DNA of 64,000 nucleotides, from NCBI RefSeq assembly GCF_018350175.1, contig NC_058368.1, positions 46,564,001-46,628,000 of the forward strand. Direction: 5' to 3'. The notes beneath the pieces are model-generated. The model saw only the letters and a list, made by a program, of their open reading frames with translations. It was not told the origin of the DNA and made no database searches. Source of the stretch: Felis catus (Eukaryota). Positions 11,356 to 24,691 of the stretch are shown here, one piece after another (within the stretch, counting starts at the first letter, position 1; each line of letters begins with the position of its first letter). The position numbers and the translations under genes were made by a program.

Positions 11356-14164
11356 TTTAGCTTTGGGGTGTTTTACTTCAAATATTACTAACAAATATCC
11401 CAATTTCACCCTGAAGGATTTTGACAAGACGATGTGGTATTTTGAGGTGATAATGTCACCTGAAGAGAAAAAGAAAATAAAAAAAAACTAAGCTGAAGAT
11501 TAGAAATTTAATCCCAATAAAACTTAAAACACTTCATGGTAAAATGACACTCTTAGGATAATTCTAGATGCCTTCCACCAACCAGCACATCGCCTGAACT
11601 GGCTCAGTCCTTAAAGGGTCAAAATTTATTATCATTTCAGTTCATCTAATAAGTAATGTTTTTGCCGAACAAAACCAATTCCCAATAAATTCTCACTGTA
11701 TTTGTGTGCTCTGATTTGATTTAGAGGCCTATGGGGAGACACCATTTGGTAGCACAGGAACACAGAGGGGTAGGTGTTGCTGGGGAGAAGTAGGGCTCAT
11801 GTGCCAGAAGTGTTATTGTGTCAGGTTGATTTATTGAGTGAGCTTCACTTCACCGAATGTTCCGAGATATTTATTTCCCTAAAGGCTCTGCAAAGATATG
11901 AACAGACCCGCATCCACAGATGTCATCATTGCTCATTTTACCGAGTCATGAAATTTTCTCAACTGCAATTTGTCCATCTAAAATTGCTGTAACAAAGCAA
12001 TGTCAATAGTAGCATCCTACTCGGGCACCACCTTCTATATAAGGCTCTGTTGCCAAATTCAGTACTTCTGTGCAACTTCATGGTAATTAAAGTGACAGAA
12101 CAGCTTCACTGTGATTTCAAAAGAGTTTTTCAGAGAAGTTATTCCAATTTGTAAACTCCACTTTGAGTCCTCAGATAAAGCAAAACCTTTAAGGGGAACT
12201 GAACAGGAATACATAAACACAGAATCGTTTACCCTTGTCAAAATTAAAATAAAAATAGATGTAGAGAAAAGTAAGGAAAGAAAGCAGACGGTGTGTCACG
12301 AAACCCAAAACTTCAAAGATGTCACCTTTTTGAAAGCCGCCCTTAAATTTAGTGTCTTGTTCTGGGGGTCTAGACTCATCGGTTTTATTTTTCCCCTCTC
12401 CGTTATCAAGCAAATGAACCACAAAAGTTGATTTTAAAAGGACGTTGCTAGATATACATCCCTTGCCTACAACTTTTATTCAAAAACACTTGCGTAAACG
12501 TATGAAAGAGTTCTTAAGGTGCATTCATAATGCTAAAGCATTATAACTTGAGTGTTTTCGATGACTTTGTCTAAAATCTTCTTCAGCACCTAATAGAATA
12601 TCAATGTCTGTGTTAAATAAAAACTGCATGCTTGTGTTGTGTGTCAGAATTTTCGGGTTTATTTAAATATGTTAATATTTCTCATTATGCCATTAACAAT
12701 AACCTTCATCCATTTGTGAAAAACATTTTGCCAAGCATGCACATAAAAAATTAGCAAGTGAAGCAAAATCACCTTAATTTGCTTTGGACCAGCAAATAAC
12801 CAACTAATTTGCAGAAATCCCTGCCAAGCACTCATATTAAATGCTTCATGCTTATTTTATGACCTCTGCTGCTCTTCTCCTTCCCGGGCCCTGAATCATA
12901 TGATCATTAACATATTGCAAGGTCTGAAACTTTATTTTTTACATTCTTTAATTAATGCCTGTTTATAGAAGGCCATAGGACTTCAGATCCAGTTAATGAA
13001 ACTTCGCTCCCCCAGGCCCCTAGAGCCCAATAGAGAGCTCTCTCCTCTGTTGTTTTAGTAGCTTTTTTCCAACTGTTTGTTTATACACACTTAATTGATC
13101 TCTTTAGTCCCAGAAGCATTCCAGAGACACAACCTGTTTTGAGGCAAGCTAAAGTTTTCCCCCTTCCTTTATAAAAGCCTTGAATGCCCAAGGTTATCAG
13201 TTTTAATTTGAAAGTTGAAGATTCAGCTTTATTTACACTGTCTAAAAGTAAAAACTGATACAGGCCCCGAAGTGTTTATTTTTACATTCGTATATAGCAG
13301 AGGGGATCACAAGTGCATACTGTATATAATTATTTTGATGTAGAACTAAGTAATTACTAAATGCTGCTATGTCTTATTTTATGGCATTGAATAAACGCAG
13401 CCTTTATAACAAGTTGAAAATAAAAACAAATCAGGCTGCCAATGCATGAAATTTTCATGGCTCTTCAATTTACATTTTACATATTCCCTATGACAAGAAT
13501 TTCTATTATGCTATTCTCTTTTTTCTGCTATAATTAAATTAAAAAAGTAATTGGCTGGTGCTGCACACTGCAGCAATGTCTTAATCACATAGACAAACAG
13601 TTTTACAATAGCTCACACCATTTGCCACATGGGGCAATGACATTATTGTACCAGACTATAAACTCGAGACAGATATCACATACCCGCCTTCAGCCACGGT
13701 GTTGGCAAGAACAGAACACGAGGTTATTCGGCACCCTGACTGGCACCTCTATAATGGAATTCCCAATTAAGTAAAAGTGGCTCAAATCCGGCCATGTGGT
13801 TTTAAAAACTGCCAAAATTCGAAGCTTATGAATCTGCACATACATACATGCGTGTACTCTAGGTAGAGAATATATGCTGGAAAGGCCAAAAGGGAAAATA
13901 CTGGTGCAAGTTATAAATGCAGCAGGCATTATGAGAACTGGCAATGGGAAATCATTATTTCTGAATGCTCTGATGGGAAAAATCCTGATTATGCATGTTT
14001 TATATGTGTGTATATTCTATTCTTTTTTTCTTAGTGTTCAGTTTGCGGTCATTTTTCTCTCTATATTTACAGTGAATACTTCACTAATACTTTCTGAGGT
14101 CGGGGGAAGTCAGAGTCAGGAACTCTTTGGTGTTTCCAGAAACTTCGCTGACAAGGGATTCATG

Positions 14165-14303
14165 AGACCTGGGTCTTAATTCTGGCCTTCCTCCAGTAAG
14201 CCATGGGATACCTTTGAGCGAGTTGCACTATCTCTTAGTCTCAGTTTATCCATCTGTAAATGAGTATGTTAGGCTAGATTATCTCTAAGGTTCAATTCAG
14301 CTC
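14165..14303 (+). mobile_element. MIR (MIRc/MIR3-like)
   Basis: agacctgggtctt...tctcagtttatccatctgtaaatg...ctagattatctctaaggttc. Confidence 0.75.
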
Positions 14304-15970
14304 TCAGATGATACAATCATATACAGATCCAATCTTTTCTATGCTAATGTGTGAGGGAAAAAAAAACCCAAAAATACAGCACAGGTGCTTCCAGTGGCAG
14401 CAAGAAAGCAAAGAGGAATAGAAATCTGAGAAATCTGACAGAGCTGGAGTGCTAAAAAGAATAAAATAAACACAGTATGAAAAGAACAAGGGGAAATGAT
14501 AATAAGGAGTGGATATATTTTATAGATCAGCTTTCTTTATTGGTATCAGTGAAGCTCTGTTTAAAAAACACAGAAAGCTAAAAATTTTAGAATTCAGTCC
14601 CTTCTAGATTTTAAAGCTATCTGTTTAGTGATTTTACCATTTGCTCTTTTACAACAGATAACTTTTTTCACCACTATCTATTAAGAAAGCAAGTAAAGAA
14701 TTTGCGAGAGAGATTTTCCCAAACTCCATAAAACTAAGATGTTCTCTATAACACCTACACTTGATTACGTAACCAGGATTCAAAATCTTCATTTAGCTGA
14801 TAGCTCCGAAAAATATTCAGGTGTCCCATTCTCATAAGATGTTTTCTAGAATGAAATTGCTCCCTCCAAAAATGTACATGTTATTTCAATACAGTTTAGC
14901 GGCCAGTTTGAAATCCTCAGATATTGCTCTTTGGTCCTTGTAATTACTCATAATTTCAGAAGTCCCTTCGAAAAAGAGATCCTTGCAATAATGAACAAAT
15001 GTATATACCATGCCATATCCAAGAAGACATTGCACATCAGTAATATCCCATTTATAATTTCGTCTTAAATGGAAGAAATTGATGGACAAAAAATATAAAG
15101 CATATAGAGACCCAATTTTAAAGCAGGTATGTTTAAGGAAGTTTTCCAGTGCATGTTATACACATGTAACTTATGGGTAAGCAAACAGCAGCATTTTCCA
15201 GACGTTGAAGAATCCCTCCTCGTTTTCCCCATGCAGCCTTTCTTCCCCCAACTTCCTTAGTCTGAACTATCAGCCTTACGTAAAACAAATTCCGTCATTG
15301 CTGCCAAGGTGCTCAGTAGCTGAAAGTCTTCAATCTTCACATAAATAGGGTGCAAATCAAATCTTATGATGGTATATTCAAGCTTTCAGGATCTCTGTTT
15401 GCTACCAGAAATGTCAGAGTTTAGTACCTACTAAGCCATAGATTTATGAGGAAATGCTCGTAGATTGACAAGCAATTTTGTAACAAATGCATCTTCAGCG
15501 TTAGATTCACAGGAATGTTTAGGACATGCCTAAATGATTTAGTATTTTATACCTCTGCTCAAAAGAACAGTTCATATAAGTCAGTTCTATCTGAGGACAG
15601 TCAATCAAGCAGAAACTAAAAGTAATTTTAAGAGATCATGATTCATTTACAAAAAAAAAAAAGTTTATCTCTAGAATTCAGGAGTGTGCAGTTACAAGTG
15701 ATAAGTTGATAACAGGCAAAGTTGGAAATGCTTTAATTGAGACAAGGCAAATAACTTTCTTATTTAGATATGAAATACAGAGCATCTCTGATTACGTTTA
15801 TTTATGAGCTGCCAATATTTGAACATATGCAAAGTTTGAATTGTTTCCCATTTGCCCCAAACTTTAAAAAACATAATTCCTTTTCTTAACGTGCCACCCT
15901 TCGGGGCAAGGAGTTGTAATGAACACCTCCCAGTCACACAGAATTACAATGTTCTTTATCTCGCCCGGCA

Positions 15971-15972
<2 letters not shown>

Positions 15973-16015
<43 letters not shown>
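15973..16015. repeat. Pure poly(A) tract, 43 nt
   Basis: Counted directly; no adjacent SINE or LINE body. Confidence 0.95.
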
Positions 16016-16017
<2 letters not shown>

Positions 16018-19000
16018 TCCAAAGGTTTGGAATCCTGAAACCTGTAAACAAAATCTGTGGAGCAGATAAAATTTTAAATGGCACAATGCAATTAAAGCTG
16101 AATTCAATTTGAGCACACCCTGTCCATCTGTCAGAGGGAAACAAAAGCCTAGGAGCTCCATTATTGCTGAATCCCTGCTCTTGTTAATTTGCTTGCTGAG
16201 AGATTTCAATTTCTAGGAAGTGCACAAATTAGTGTTCAGTCAGGGCTAGATCCTCAGTAAGTATAAGCAGATGGTGGAAATCAGCCCTAATCAAGTGGCC
16301 AAAGCCTTTTTTTTTCTGTCTGATTAAAGCATTTTAATCCTTTCAGATTGTCTGCTTTTTTAGCAAATATTCACCATCTTTTATTTTTCTTATATTCCAG
16401 GATGGATTTAAATGTAGCTAGGCACATGAGAAGAAAAAGAACTTGGAGAAATAGAGCTATCAGTATTTGAGTTACGAGCAGTGGCCTACTGGATCTGTGA
16501 ATTCATTTAATGTCTCTTTTTCCCCCTATTATATGTTTAATAATTGTTGGAATCATTATTAATTTATATGCAAATATAAATAAGGCATACTTAATCTGTT
16601 CTGGTGGAATTAAATTACTGCAGGAAAGACAAAGAGTTAGAAAAATTTTCAGCTTTAAGATTAAAGCTGGCAAGAACAGAGGGCAACCAGAAAAGTCACA
16701 TGTATGTGCAAATCTCCTACCCAGAGAAAAGAAAGAAACAGATTTTATTCTTTATATTAATACAAACTAACAAATATGTAAAATTTTAGTGAAGGGAAGT
16801 GTTAAAATTAAAACAAAAAATTTAATAAGTAAAGGGCTGCAATCTTTTATAAATAATGAAAACAAAAATTATTAGAACTAAAAACTGTATCATTGTTTTC
16901 AAAGTATGAGAAACACACACGCAAAATGTAAAAGTACTACAGTCTTTATAGGTGCTTAAAACTCACACACACATTTGCAAGCCAAGAAACACACAAAGCA
17001 AAATTTTTTCATATTCAAAGAAGCATTATAGTGACTTAATTGTGTGTTCAAGCAAACAGTTGGCAAAAACAAAGTCCTTCTACCTCCTACATTTATCCAG
17101 GATACATGAAAAATGAACTTTTCTTATTATACGTAAAATGTTTGTGATAACGACTTTGCACATAAAATTTCAAAGTGTTTGAACACATGTAAGGATAAAT
17201 CTTTACATAACTATTTTGAAATCTCCCCTTAAACTTAGGCACATATATGAGAAGTATTTATGGGGGGGAGGGAAACACAGTTTAATATCAGAAAGTATTT
17301 CTGAACGAGCCCAAACTTTGAGTTGAACATTTGTACAAGTTCTGATATGCTGAATATTTGTAAGATTTCTGGTAGTGCTTTAACATCCTGTTTAGCAATT
17401 TCATTACACAACCAGATTCTTAACAAATACCCTCCCTAACAGTTTGATAAAATTCACAAGTACGAGTGTTCATCTATACTTTTACATGTTTCTTTTAACT
17501 AGAATAGTTACTAAAGAGCTGGAGTTTTAATTTGTTTATTTGAACATTTGAAATTTATATTCATAAAGTTTAAGCTGAAATACATCTTATACACCAAATC
17601 TTTATGCCAGTTTTATGCATTTGCCCATGACCATATATGCAAATTTCCCAAGTTTAATAATTGTAACTACCATCCCTAAGGGTAAATGGTTCCTTACATA
17701 TACAACTTACATTGTACCTTGAAGTTTCTACTTGAACTATTTTTAAAATTCTCATTCAAAAGTAAATCATAACAAAAAAAAATCATCAAACCCACTAGAC
17801 ATTTGTTTCATGGACATAGCTTTAAAGTCCTTCCACCACTGATAAAGATGGAATCAAGTTTAAATCAGCTCACAAAGAAACAGAAAGTTTGTATTTCTTG
17901 TTTATTCCTCCCATCCATTTACTAGCTAATAGTGTAATCCAATAGTGAAAAGTAGTGCTCACATCTCCACACCCTTTCTTTAAACAGCCTAAACTGTTGG
18001 ATCCTGCTGTATTCTTAGACACTTTCACCTGTCTGTGCCTAGAACAGGGCACTTTACAAGCAATAGCTATGTAAGCAATTAGGTACTTAGCTGAGAAGGC
18101 CGAAGTATGCACAGGAGGAACACACTGACTTTCACATTCCCATTTTAAAGAAATATGCCTCCATGAGCAGATATAGTAGAATGCACTCAAGAAATTTATG
18201 CCCTTCACCTTTGTTCTTTATCTTTTATTTTTTTCTCATTTTAAAGATTTCAAACTTTAAGAGCAAATGAAGTCATGGAAGGACTGACAGCAGAGGAAGT
18301 GGAGATTCTTTTTTTTTTTATAAATTGAGGTATAACTGGCATACAACATTTCAAATGTACGACACAATAATTTAATATTTCTATACTGGGAAATGATCAC
18401 CATAATAAGTCTACTTACTATCCATCAGCATACAAAGTTACAAAAAAAAGTTTTTTCCTGTGTTGAGAAATTTTAGGATGTACTCTCTTGGCAGCTTTCA
18501 AGTTTGTACTACAATATTACTGACTATAGTCATCATGCTATATATTATATCGCCATGACTAGTTTATTATGTAACTGGAAGTCTGTTCCACTTGGTCCTC
18601 TTCTCCTATTTTGCCCATCCCCCAAGCAACCACTTCAAGCAACCACCTTTCTGTTCTCTGTATCTATAAGTGTTGTTTTGTTTGGCTTGGTTTGTTTTTA
18701 AGATTCCACATATAAGTGAAATCATGTGGTATTTGCTTCTCTGTTTGATTTCTTTCACTTATCATAAGTCCCTCAAGGTCAATCTGTATTGTTGCAAATG
18801 TCAAGATTCCATTCTTTTTTATGGCTGAATAATATTTCATTACACACACACACACACACACACACACCATATCTTTTCTATCCATCCATCCACTGATGGA
18901 AATTTAGGTTGCTTTCATATCTTGGCTATTGTAAATAATGCTGCAATAAACGTAAGGGTGCATATACTGTTTCAAATTAGCGTTTTTGATTTCTTCTGAT

Positions 19001-19406
19001 AAATTACCTAGTAATGGAACCACTGGATGATATGGAATTCTATTATTATTTTTTTGAGGAACTTCCATACTGTTTTCCATAGTGGCTGCACCAGTTTGCA
19101 CTCTTACCAATAGTGCATGAGTGTCCACTCTTCCCCACATCCTTGCTAATACTTGTTATTTTTTGTCTTTTTGATAGTAGCCATCTAATTGCTATGAAGA
19201 GGTATCTTACTATGGTTTTGATTTGCCTTTCCCTGATGATTAGTGATGTTGAGCATCTTTTCACGTACCTGGAGGCCATCTGTATGTCTTCTTTGGAAAA
19301 ATGTCTGAGTTTCTTTGGAAAAAGTGTCTGAGTTCTTCTGCCCACTTTTTAATGGAATCATTTGGGTTCTTGGTTATTGAGCTGTATGAACTCTTTATAT
19401 ATTTTA

Positions 19407-19537
19407 TTGTATGTATGTATGTATGTATAAATGTATGTATACATTTATTTATTAAATTTTTATTTATTTATTTTGAGAGAGAGAGAACAGGGGAAGTGCA
19501 AAGACAGGGAGAGGGAGGGAGGGAGAGAGAGAGAGAG

Positions 19538-19576
<39 letters not shown>

Positions 19577-19720
19577 CAAGCAAGCTCTGCATTGCCAGCA
19601 CAGAATCCGATATGGGGCTCAGACCCACAAACTGTGGGCATGACCTGATCTGAATCTGAGATCATGACCTGAGGTGAAATAGAGTCAGCTGCTTAACCAA
19701 ATGAGCCACACAGGTGCCCC
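19407..19720 (-). mobile_element. Can-SINE inserted into L1 ORF2
   Basis: Reverse SINE with (GA)n and a (TATG)n-expanded tail; TSD ga(ac/gt)tctttatatatttta at 19388-19406 and 19721-19739. Confidence 0.95.
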
Positions 19721-21654
19721 GAGTTCTTTATATATTTTAGATATTTACCTCTTATATATGGTTTGAAAATATTTTCTCCCATTCAGTAAATCATCTTGTA
19801 ATTTTGTTGATGGTTTCCTTTGCTATGCAGAAGCTTTTTAGCGTTGTGTGGTCCCATTTGTTTTTTTCTTTTGTTGCCTTTCCTTTTAGAGTCAGGCCCA
19901 AAAAAACATTGCCAAGACCAATGTCAAGGAGCTCATCACCTATGTTTTCTTCTAGGAATTTCATGGTTTCAAGTCTTACATATAATTTTTTTAACCCAGT
20001 TTGAGTTAATTTTTGTGCCTAGTGTAAGGTAGCAGGCCAGTTTCATTCTTTTGCATATGACTGTCCGGTTTTCCCAACACCATTTATTGAATAGATTGTA
20101 CTTTCTCGATTGTATATTCTTGCCTCCTCTGTCATAAATTACGTGACCATACATACGTGGTCTTATTACTGTTCCATTCTATTCTGTTCCATTAATCTAT
20201 GTGTCAGTTTTAATGCCAATACCACACTATTTTGATTACTATAGCTTTGTAGTACAGTTTGAAATCTGGGCATGTGATGCCTCCAGCTTTGTTTCTCTTT
20301 CTCAAGACTGCTTTGGCTATTTGGGGTCTTCTGTAATTCTGCACACATTTTAAAACTGTTTGTTCTATTTCTGTGAAATATGCCACTGGAATTTTGATAG
20401 GGATTGTGCTGAGTATGTAGGTTGTTTTGGTAGTATGAACATTTAAACAGTATTAATTCTTTTAATCCATGATACCTCTTTCCATTTATTTGTGTCTTTA
20501 ATTTCTTATACTTTTCAGTGTATAGATCTTTCACCTTTTGAGTAAAATTTATTCCTAGGTACTTTATTCTTTTCGATATGATTGTAAATGATTTTTTACT
20601 TAATTTCTCTTTCTGATAGTTTGTTGTTAGTGTACAGAAATGCAACAGACTTTTGTACACTGATTTTGTACCCTGCAACTTTACTGAATTTATTGATTAG
20701 CTCTAATCATGTGAGAGGTAGTCTCTAGAGTTTTCTATATATGAAATCATATATAGTGACAGTTTTACTTCTTCCTTCCCAATTTGGATGCCTCTCTTTT
20801 TTTCTTATCTGAATGCTACGACTAAAAAGACTTCCAATATTATGTTAAATAAAAATGGCAAGAGTGGATGTCCTTGTTTGTATAAAGTTGGATTGTTTAT
20901 TTGAGATTTTTCTTGTTTCTTGAAGTAGGCATGTTTCGCTATGAACTCTCATCTTTGCTTTGATTTTGCTGCAGCCCGTAGATTTTGGTATGTTGTATTT
21001 CCATTTTCATTTGTGTCAAAGCATTTTTTTTTTAATTTTCCCTTGATTCCTTTGTTGACCTATTGGTTGTTCAATAGCACAAATCTCCACATAATCAGTG
21101 CCTTTTTTTCAACTAAAAGAAGTCCCTTTCACATTTATTCTAAGGCTGATTTACTTGTGGTGAACTCCTTCGACTTCCATTTGCCTGGAAAATTCTTTAT
21201 CTCTCCTTCAATTATGAATGATAAACTTGGCAGCAAGTATATTCTTGGTTGACATTTTTTTTTTTTGCCTTTCAGGACTTGAATGTATCTTGCCACTTCC
21301 TCTGGCCTACAAAGTTTCTGCTGAAAAATCTGTATATAGTCCTATGAGGGTTCCCTTGTACACAACAAGTTGTATTTCTCTTGCTACTTTTAAGATTATC
21401 TTTGACTTTAACTTTTGATATTTTAATTACAATATGTTTATGTGGATCTCTTTAAGGGTATCACTTTTGAAACTCTCTGGGTGTCCTGGATCTGGATGTC
21501 TGTTTCCTTCTCCAGGTTAGGAAAGCTTTCAGCCATTATTTATTAAAATAAGTTTCTGCCCCTTTCTCTCTCCCTTCTCCTTCCCAAACCCCTATAATGC
21601 AAATGTTAGTTCTCTTGTTACTATTCTACAGGTCCCTTCTACAGGCTATCTTCA

Positions 21655-21803
21655 TTTTTTTTATATATATATACATATATATATATTTTATATATATATA
21701 TACATATATATATTTTATATATATATATATTTTATATACATATATATACACACATACATATTATATTATTATATTATATATACATATGTATACATTTTTT
21801 TTT
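21655..21803. repeat. TA-rich low-complexity expansion inside L1 ORF1
   Basis: Degenerate (TA)n bounded by T runs; ORF1 homology continues on both sides. Confidence 0.9.
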
Positions 21804-23604
21804 TGAGTGAGATCCACTGCCCTGTCTCCTGACTCATTGCTTCATCTGTTTCCTCTACCCCTCTGGTGTGGTTTTCATTTCAGTTTTGTTTTTTTTTCCC
21901 CAGCTCCATGACTTCTGTCTTGTACTTTCTTATATTTTCTGTCTCTTTGTTGAAATTCTCACTGTGCTCATCCATTCTTCTCCCAAGATTGGTGAGCATC
22001 TTTATGACCATGACACTGAACTCTTTTATCTGGTATGTCTGTTTCATTAAGGTGTTTTTTTTTTTTTTCCCCTGAGGTTTTATCATGTTCTTTCATTTGG
22101 AACATATTCCTCTATTTCCTGATTTTGCTTGACTCTCTGTATTTGTTTCTATGTGTTAGGTGAAACAGCTACTTCTCACATTCTAAAATGAGCGGACTTG
22201 TTGTTCAACCATGCCCTAGTTCTTGGTCATCTCTTGAATCTTTGTGTTGTCTAAGCAGCCGGATTTACTCTTGATAGGTCCTGGTTGTTGAGGTTGTGCC
22301 AAGAGGCACAGTATTCCCTCTCAGTATTCCAGAGGGAAGGATCTCAGTTTCATGCTGGTTGGGAGGGAGCCAGACCCTTAGGCCACAGCTCTTTTAAATT
22401 ATGGAAGTATATACAGTCCTGTGGGACCATGGTTGTAGAGCCTGCTGGCCTCCAAGCCAGTTGATCTGGAAGTGCCCCCATGGCAACAGTTGTAAAAATC
22501 AGGGATCCAGATGAGTACATAAACTCCTTTCTGGGAGATACCAGTAAGCTGTAGTGAGACCAGGGGAGAGCACAAAGGTGGTATTCCCTGGCCTACATTC
22601 CCTAGGCGCACCTCTGTAGCCTCTAGATTTGTGGCAAACTTGAGCCTGCCTTCAGGCTGAAGCTCCATGACAGGTAAATAGACCTTTTTCACAGGAAGAT
22701 TGGGTGTGTGTTCCAATCTACTGACCGTGGGTGTTGCGGGGAGGTGGGAGCAGTAGCAGGCCGAAAACTGTTTCTCTGACTGTTACAGTCCCACAGGATT
22801 CAGAAATGCAAGCTCTCCCCTGACCACAGTACCAGGCAATCAAGGGGAGTCCCTGTGTGGTCTGTGTGCATCCCCAGCTTTAGCAAGGCAGCTGGAGAAT
22901 GCAGGGGCAGGACACGCCTTCCAGCTTTAACAGGGCATCAGGGGAGAGCAGGGATCGTGAACGCCCACCAGCTTTAGCAGGTTTGCTGGAGACTGTAGGA
23001 ACTGTGTGTGCCTCCTTATACTAGCAAGGTAGAGGGAGAGTGCAAAAGTGGTGTCCACCAGCACCTCCATCTGGGAGTTCCATCAGGCTCCTGACCATCT
23101 TCCATATCAGCAAATGAATCTCCTTCACAAATAGTCTAAGCACTTTTCAAATGGCTGCTGTCATGGTGAGCCCAGGGGTGAGTGACTCTGCATGCGAGCC
23201 CTTTAAGAGCAGTATCAGTTCCCCGTAGCTCTTTGAATCTCTGAACATAAGCCCTGTTGTTTACCAAAGCTGGATATTCTGGGGGCTCACTTCTCTGTGC
23301 AGGTCCCAAGGGTTGTATGCCTGCTATGGGACTCAAACCCCTCACTCCTCAGAGAGCAGTTCCTGCTTTGCAAGATCTCTCCCAATTGTGAGTTGCTGTG
23401 CTGCAGGTGGAGGTGTTGGCGTGATCACATTGCACCTCTCCTACCCATTTTTATGCTGCCATTTTATCTTTTGTTGCAGAAGAGCTGTTGAGTGAGTTTC
23501 CAGGTCTTTCTCAGAGGGAACTGATCAATATACATAGGCAGCTGTATATTCAGTGTGTCTGTGAATTCAGGATCCTTCTACACTGCCATTTTTCCCCTCC
23601 TACT

Positions 23605-23950
23605 TTCATTCTTTCACCACTGCCACCCCTCTAATTCTGGCCTCACACCTCTCACCTGAGCTATTTTATAACCTCCCATTGGCCTCCATACCTCTTTAAA
23701 GATTCCCTTCTGTCAACAAAATAAGACTTCTTTGCCCATCCTATAAAGGCTCTTGATGTGATGGACTTAGCCAATATTCAAGGTTCTTTCTTGACACTCT
23801 AGCTAAATCTTATCACTCAGTATCCACATGATATGCCCTCTATTTTCCAAAACCCTGACTTGGCTCACAAAGTTCCTTCCATCTGGAATGCCATTGTAAA
23901 TTAACTCCAACTCAAAGTACTACCCAAAGCTTGTCTAAATTTCTACTAAT
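23605..23950 (+). mobile_element. L2 fragment, probably continuing after the SINE pair to about 24660
   Basis: ccactgccacccctctaattctggcctcacacctctcacctgagctatt and gttccttccatctggaatgcc resemble the L2 3' region. Confidence 0.55.
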
Positions 23951-23953
23951 TTT

Positions 23954-24171
23954 GGGGCGCCTGGGTGGCTCAGTCAGTTAAGCATCTGACTTTGGCTCAG
24001 GTCATGATCTCGCGGTTCTTGGGTTTGAGCCCTGCATCAGGCTCTGTGCTGACAGCTCAGAGCCTGGAGCCTGCTTCGGATACTATGTCTCCCTCTCTCT
24101 CTGTTCCTCCCCTGCTTGTGCTCTGTCTCTCTCTCTTTCAAAAATAAATAAACATTAAAAAATAGATTTTA
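23954..24171 (+). mobile_element. Can-SINE (SINEC_Fc), first of a tandem pair
   Basis: Full head, body and tail; outer TSD taaatttctactaat at 23936-23950 and 24400-24414 encloses both SINEs. Confidence 0.97.
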
Positions 24172-24399
24172 GGGGTGCCTGAGTGGCTGAGTTGGTTAAG
24201 TGTCTGACTTCAGCCTAGGTCATGATCTTGCGGTTCTGAGTTGAAGCCCCATGTCAGGCTCTGTGCTGACAGCTCAGAGCTTGGAGCCTGTTTCAGATTC
24301 TGTGTCTCCCTCTCTCTCACTCTCTCTACCCCTCCCCTGCTCATGCTCTGTCTTTCTCAAAACAAACATTAAAAAAAATTTTTAAATGTATATATTTTT
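24172..24399 (+). mobile_element. Can-SINE (SINEC_Fc) in the tail of the previous SINE
   Basis: A second GGGGTGCCTGAGTGGCTGAG head starts directly after the first tail. Confidence 0.97.
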
Positions 24400-24691
24400 T
24401 AAATTTCTACTAATCTCATGAACCTCCATCACAAATGTCCATCTTTTCATAAACCTCCATCATCCTCCATCACACTAGAATTTGTGTCTCCCTACTTTTT
24501 TGCTCCAATATCTTGTTTTGGTTTTCTTAGTATAACTACTTATAATATTCTGGCTTGCATTATACCTAATTATTTACATATACATTTATTTCTTATTTTT
24601 CCTACCACACGGGAAGTCTTTTTTTGTTTATCGGTTTGTTTATTTTATCTTCTATGGAACACAGTAATGTACCTTCTATGCTATGGAGCTT

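Larger units (their letters stand above)
18308..23600 (-). mobile_element. LINE-1 (carnivore L1_Carn-like) with both ends, degraded ORF1 and two internal ORF2 deletions
   Basis: Poly-T plus 3'UTR from 18308; ORF2 C-terminal remnants (HFSKEDIQMA, KRIKYLGIN, CWENRTVICKRMKL) to about 20880; short ORF2 linker at about 20881-21090; ORF1 remnants at about 21110-22130 (KEFSVMVIKMLTNLGRRMDEHSENFNKE); GC-richer 5'UTR ending in an AAAATGGC...GAAGGATCCTGAATTCAC start motif near 23570-23600. Confidence 0.92.

Noticed and set aside
12059..12431. Overlapping ORFs on both strands
   Set aside because: No recognisable homology and no convincing splice-site pair.
18904..20678. L1 ORF2-like peptides as an active reverse transcriptase gene
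   Set aside because: Frameshifted, interrupted by a SINE and missing the endonuclease and part of RT; a dead element.
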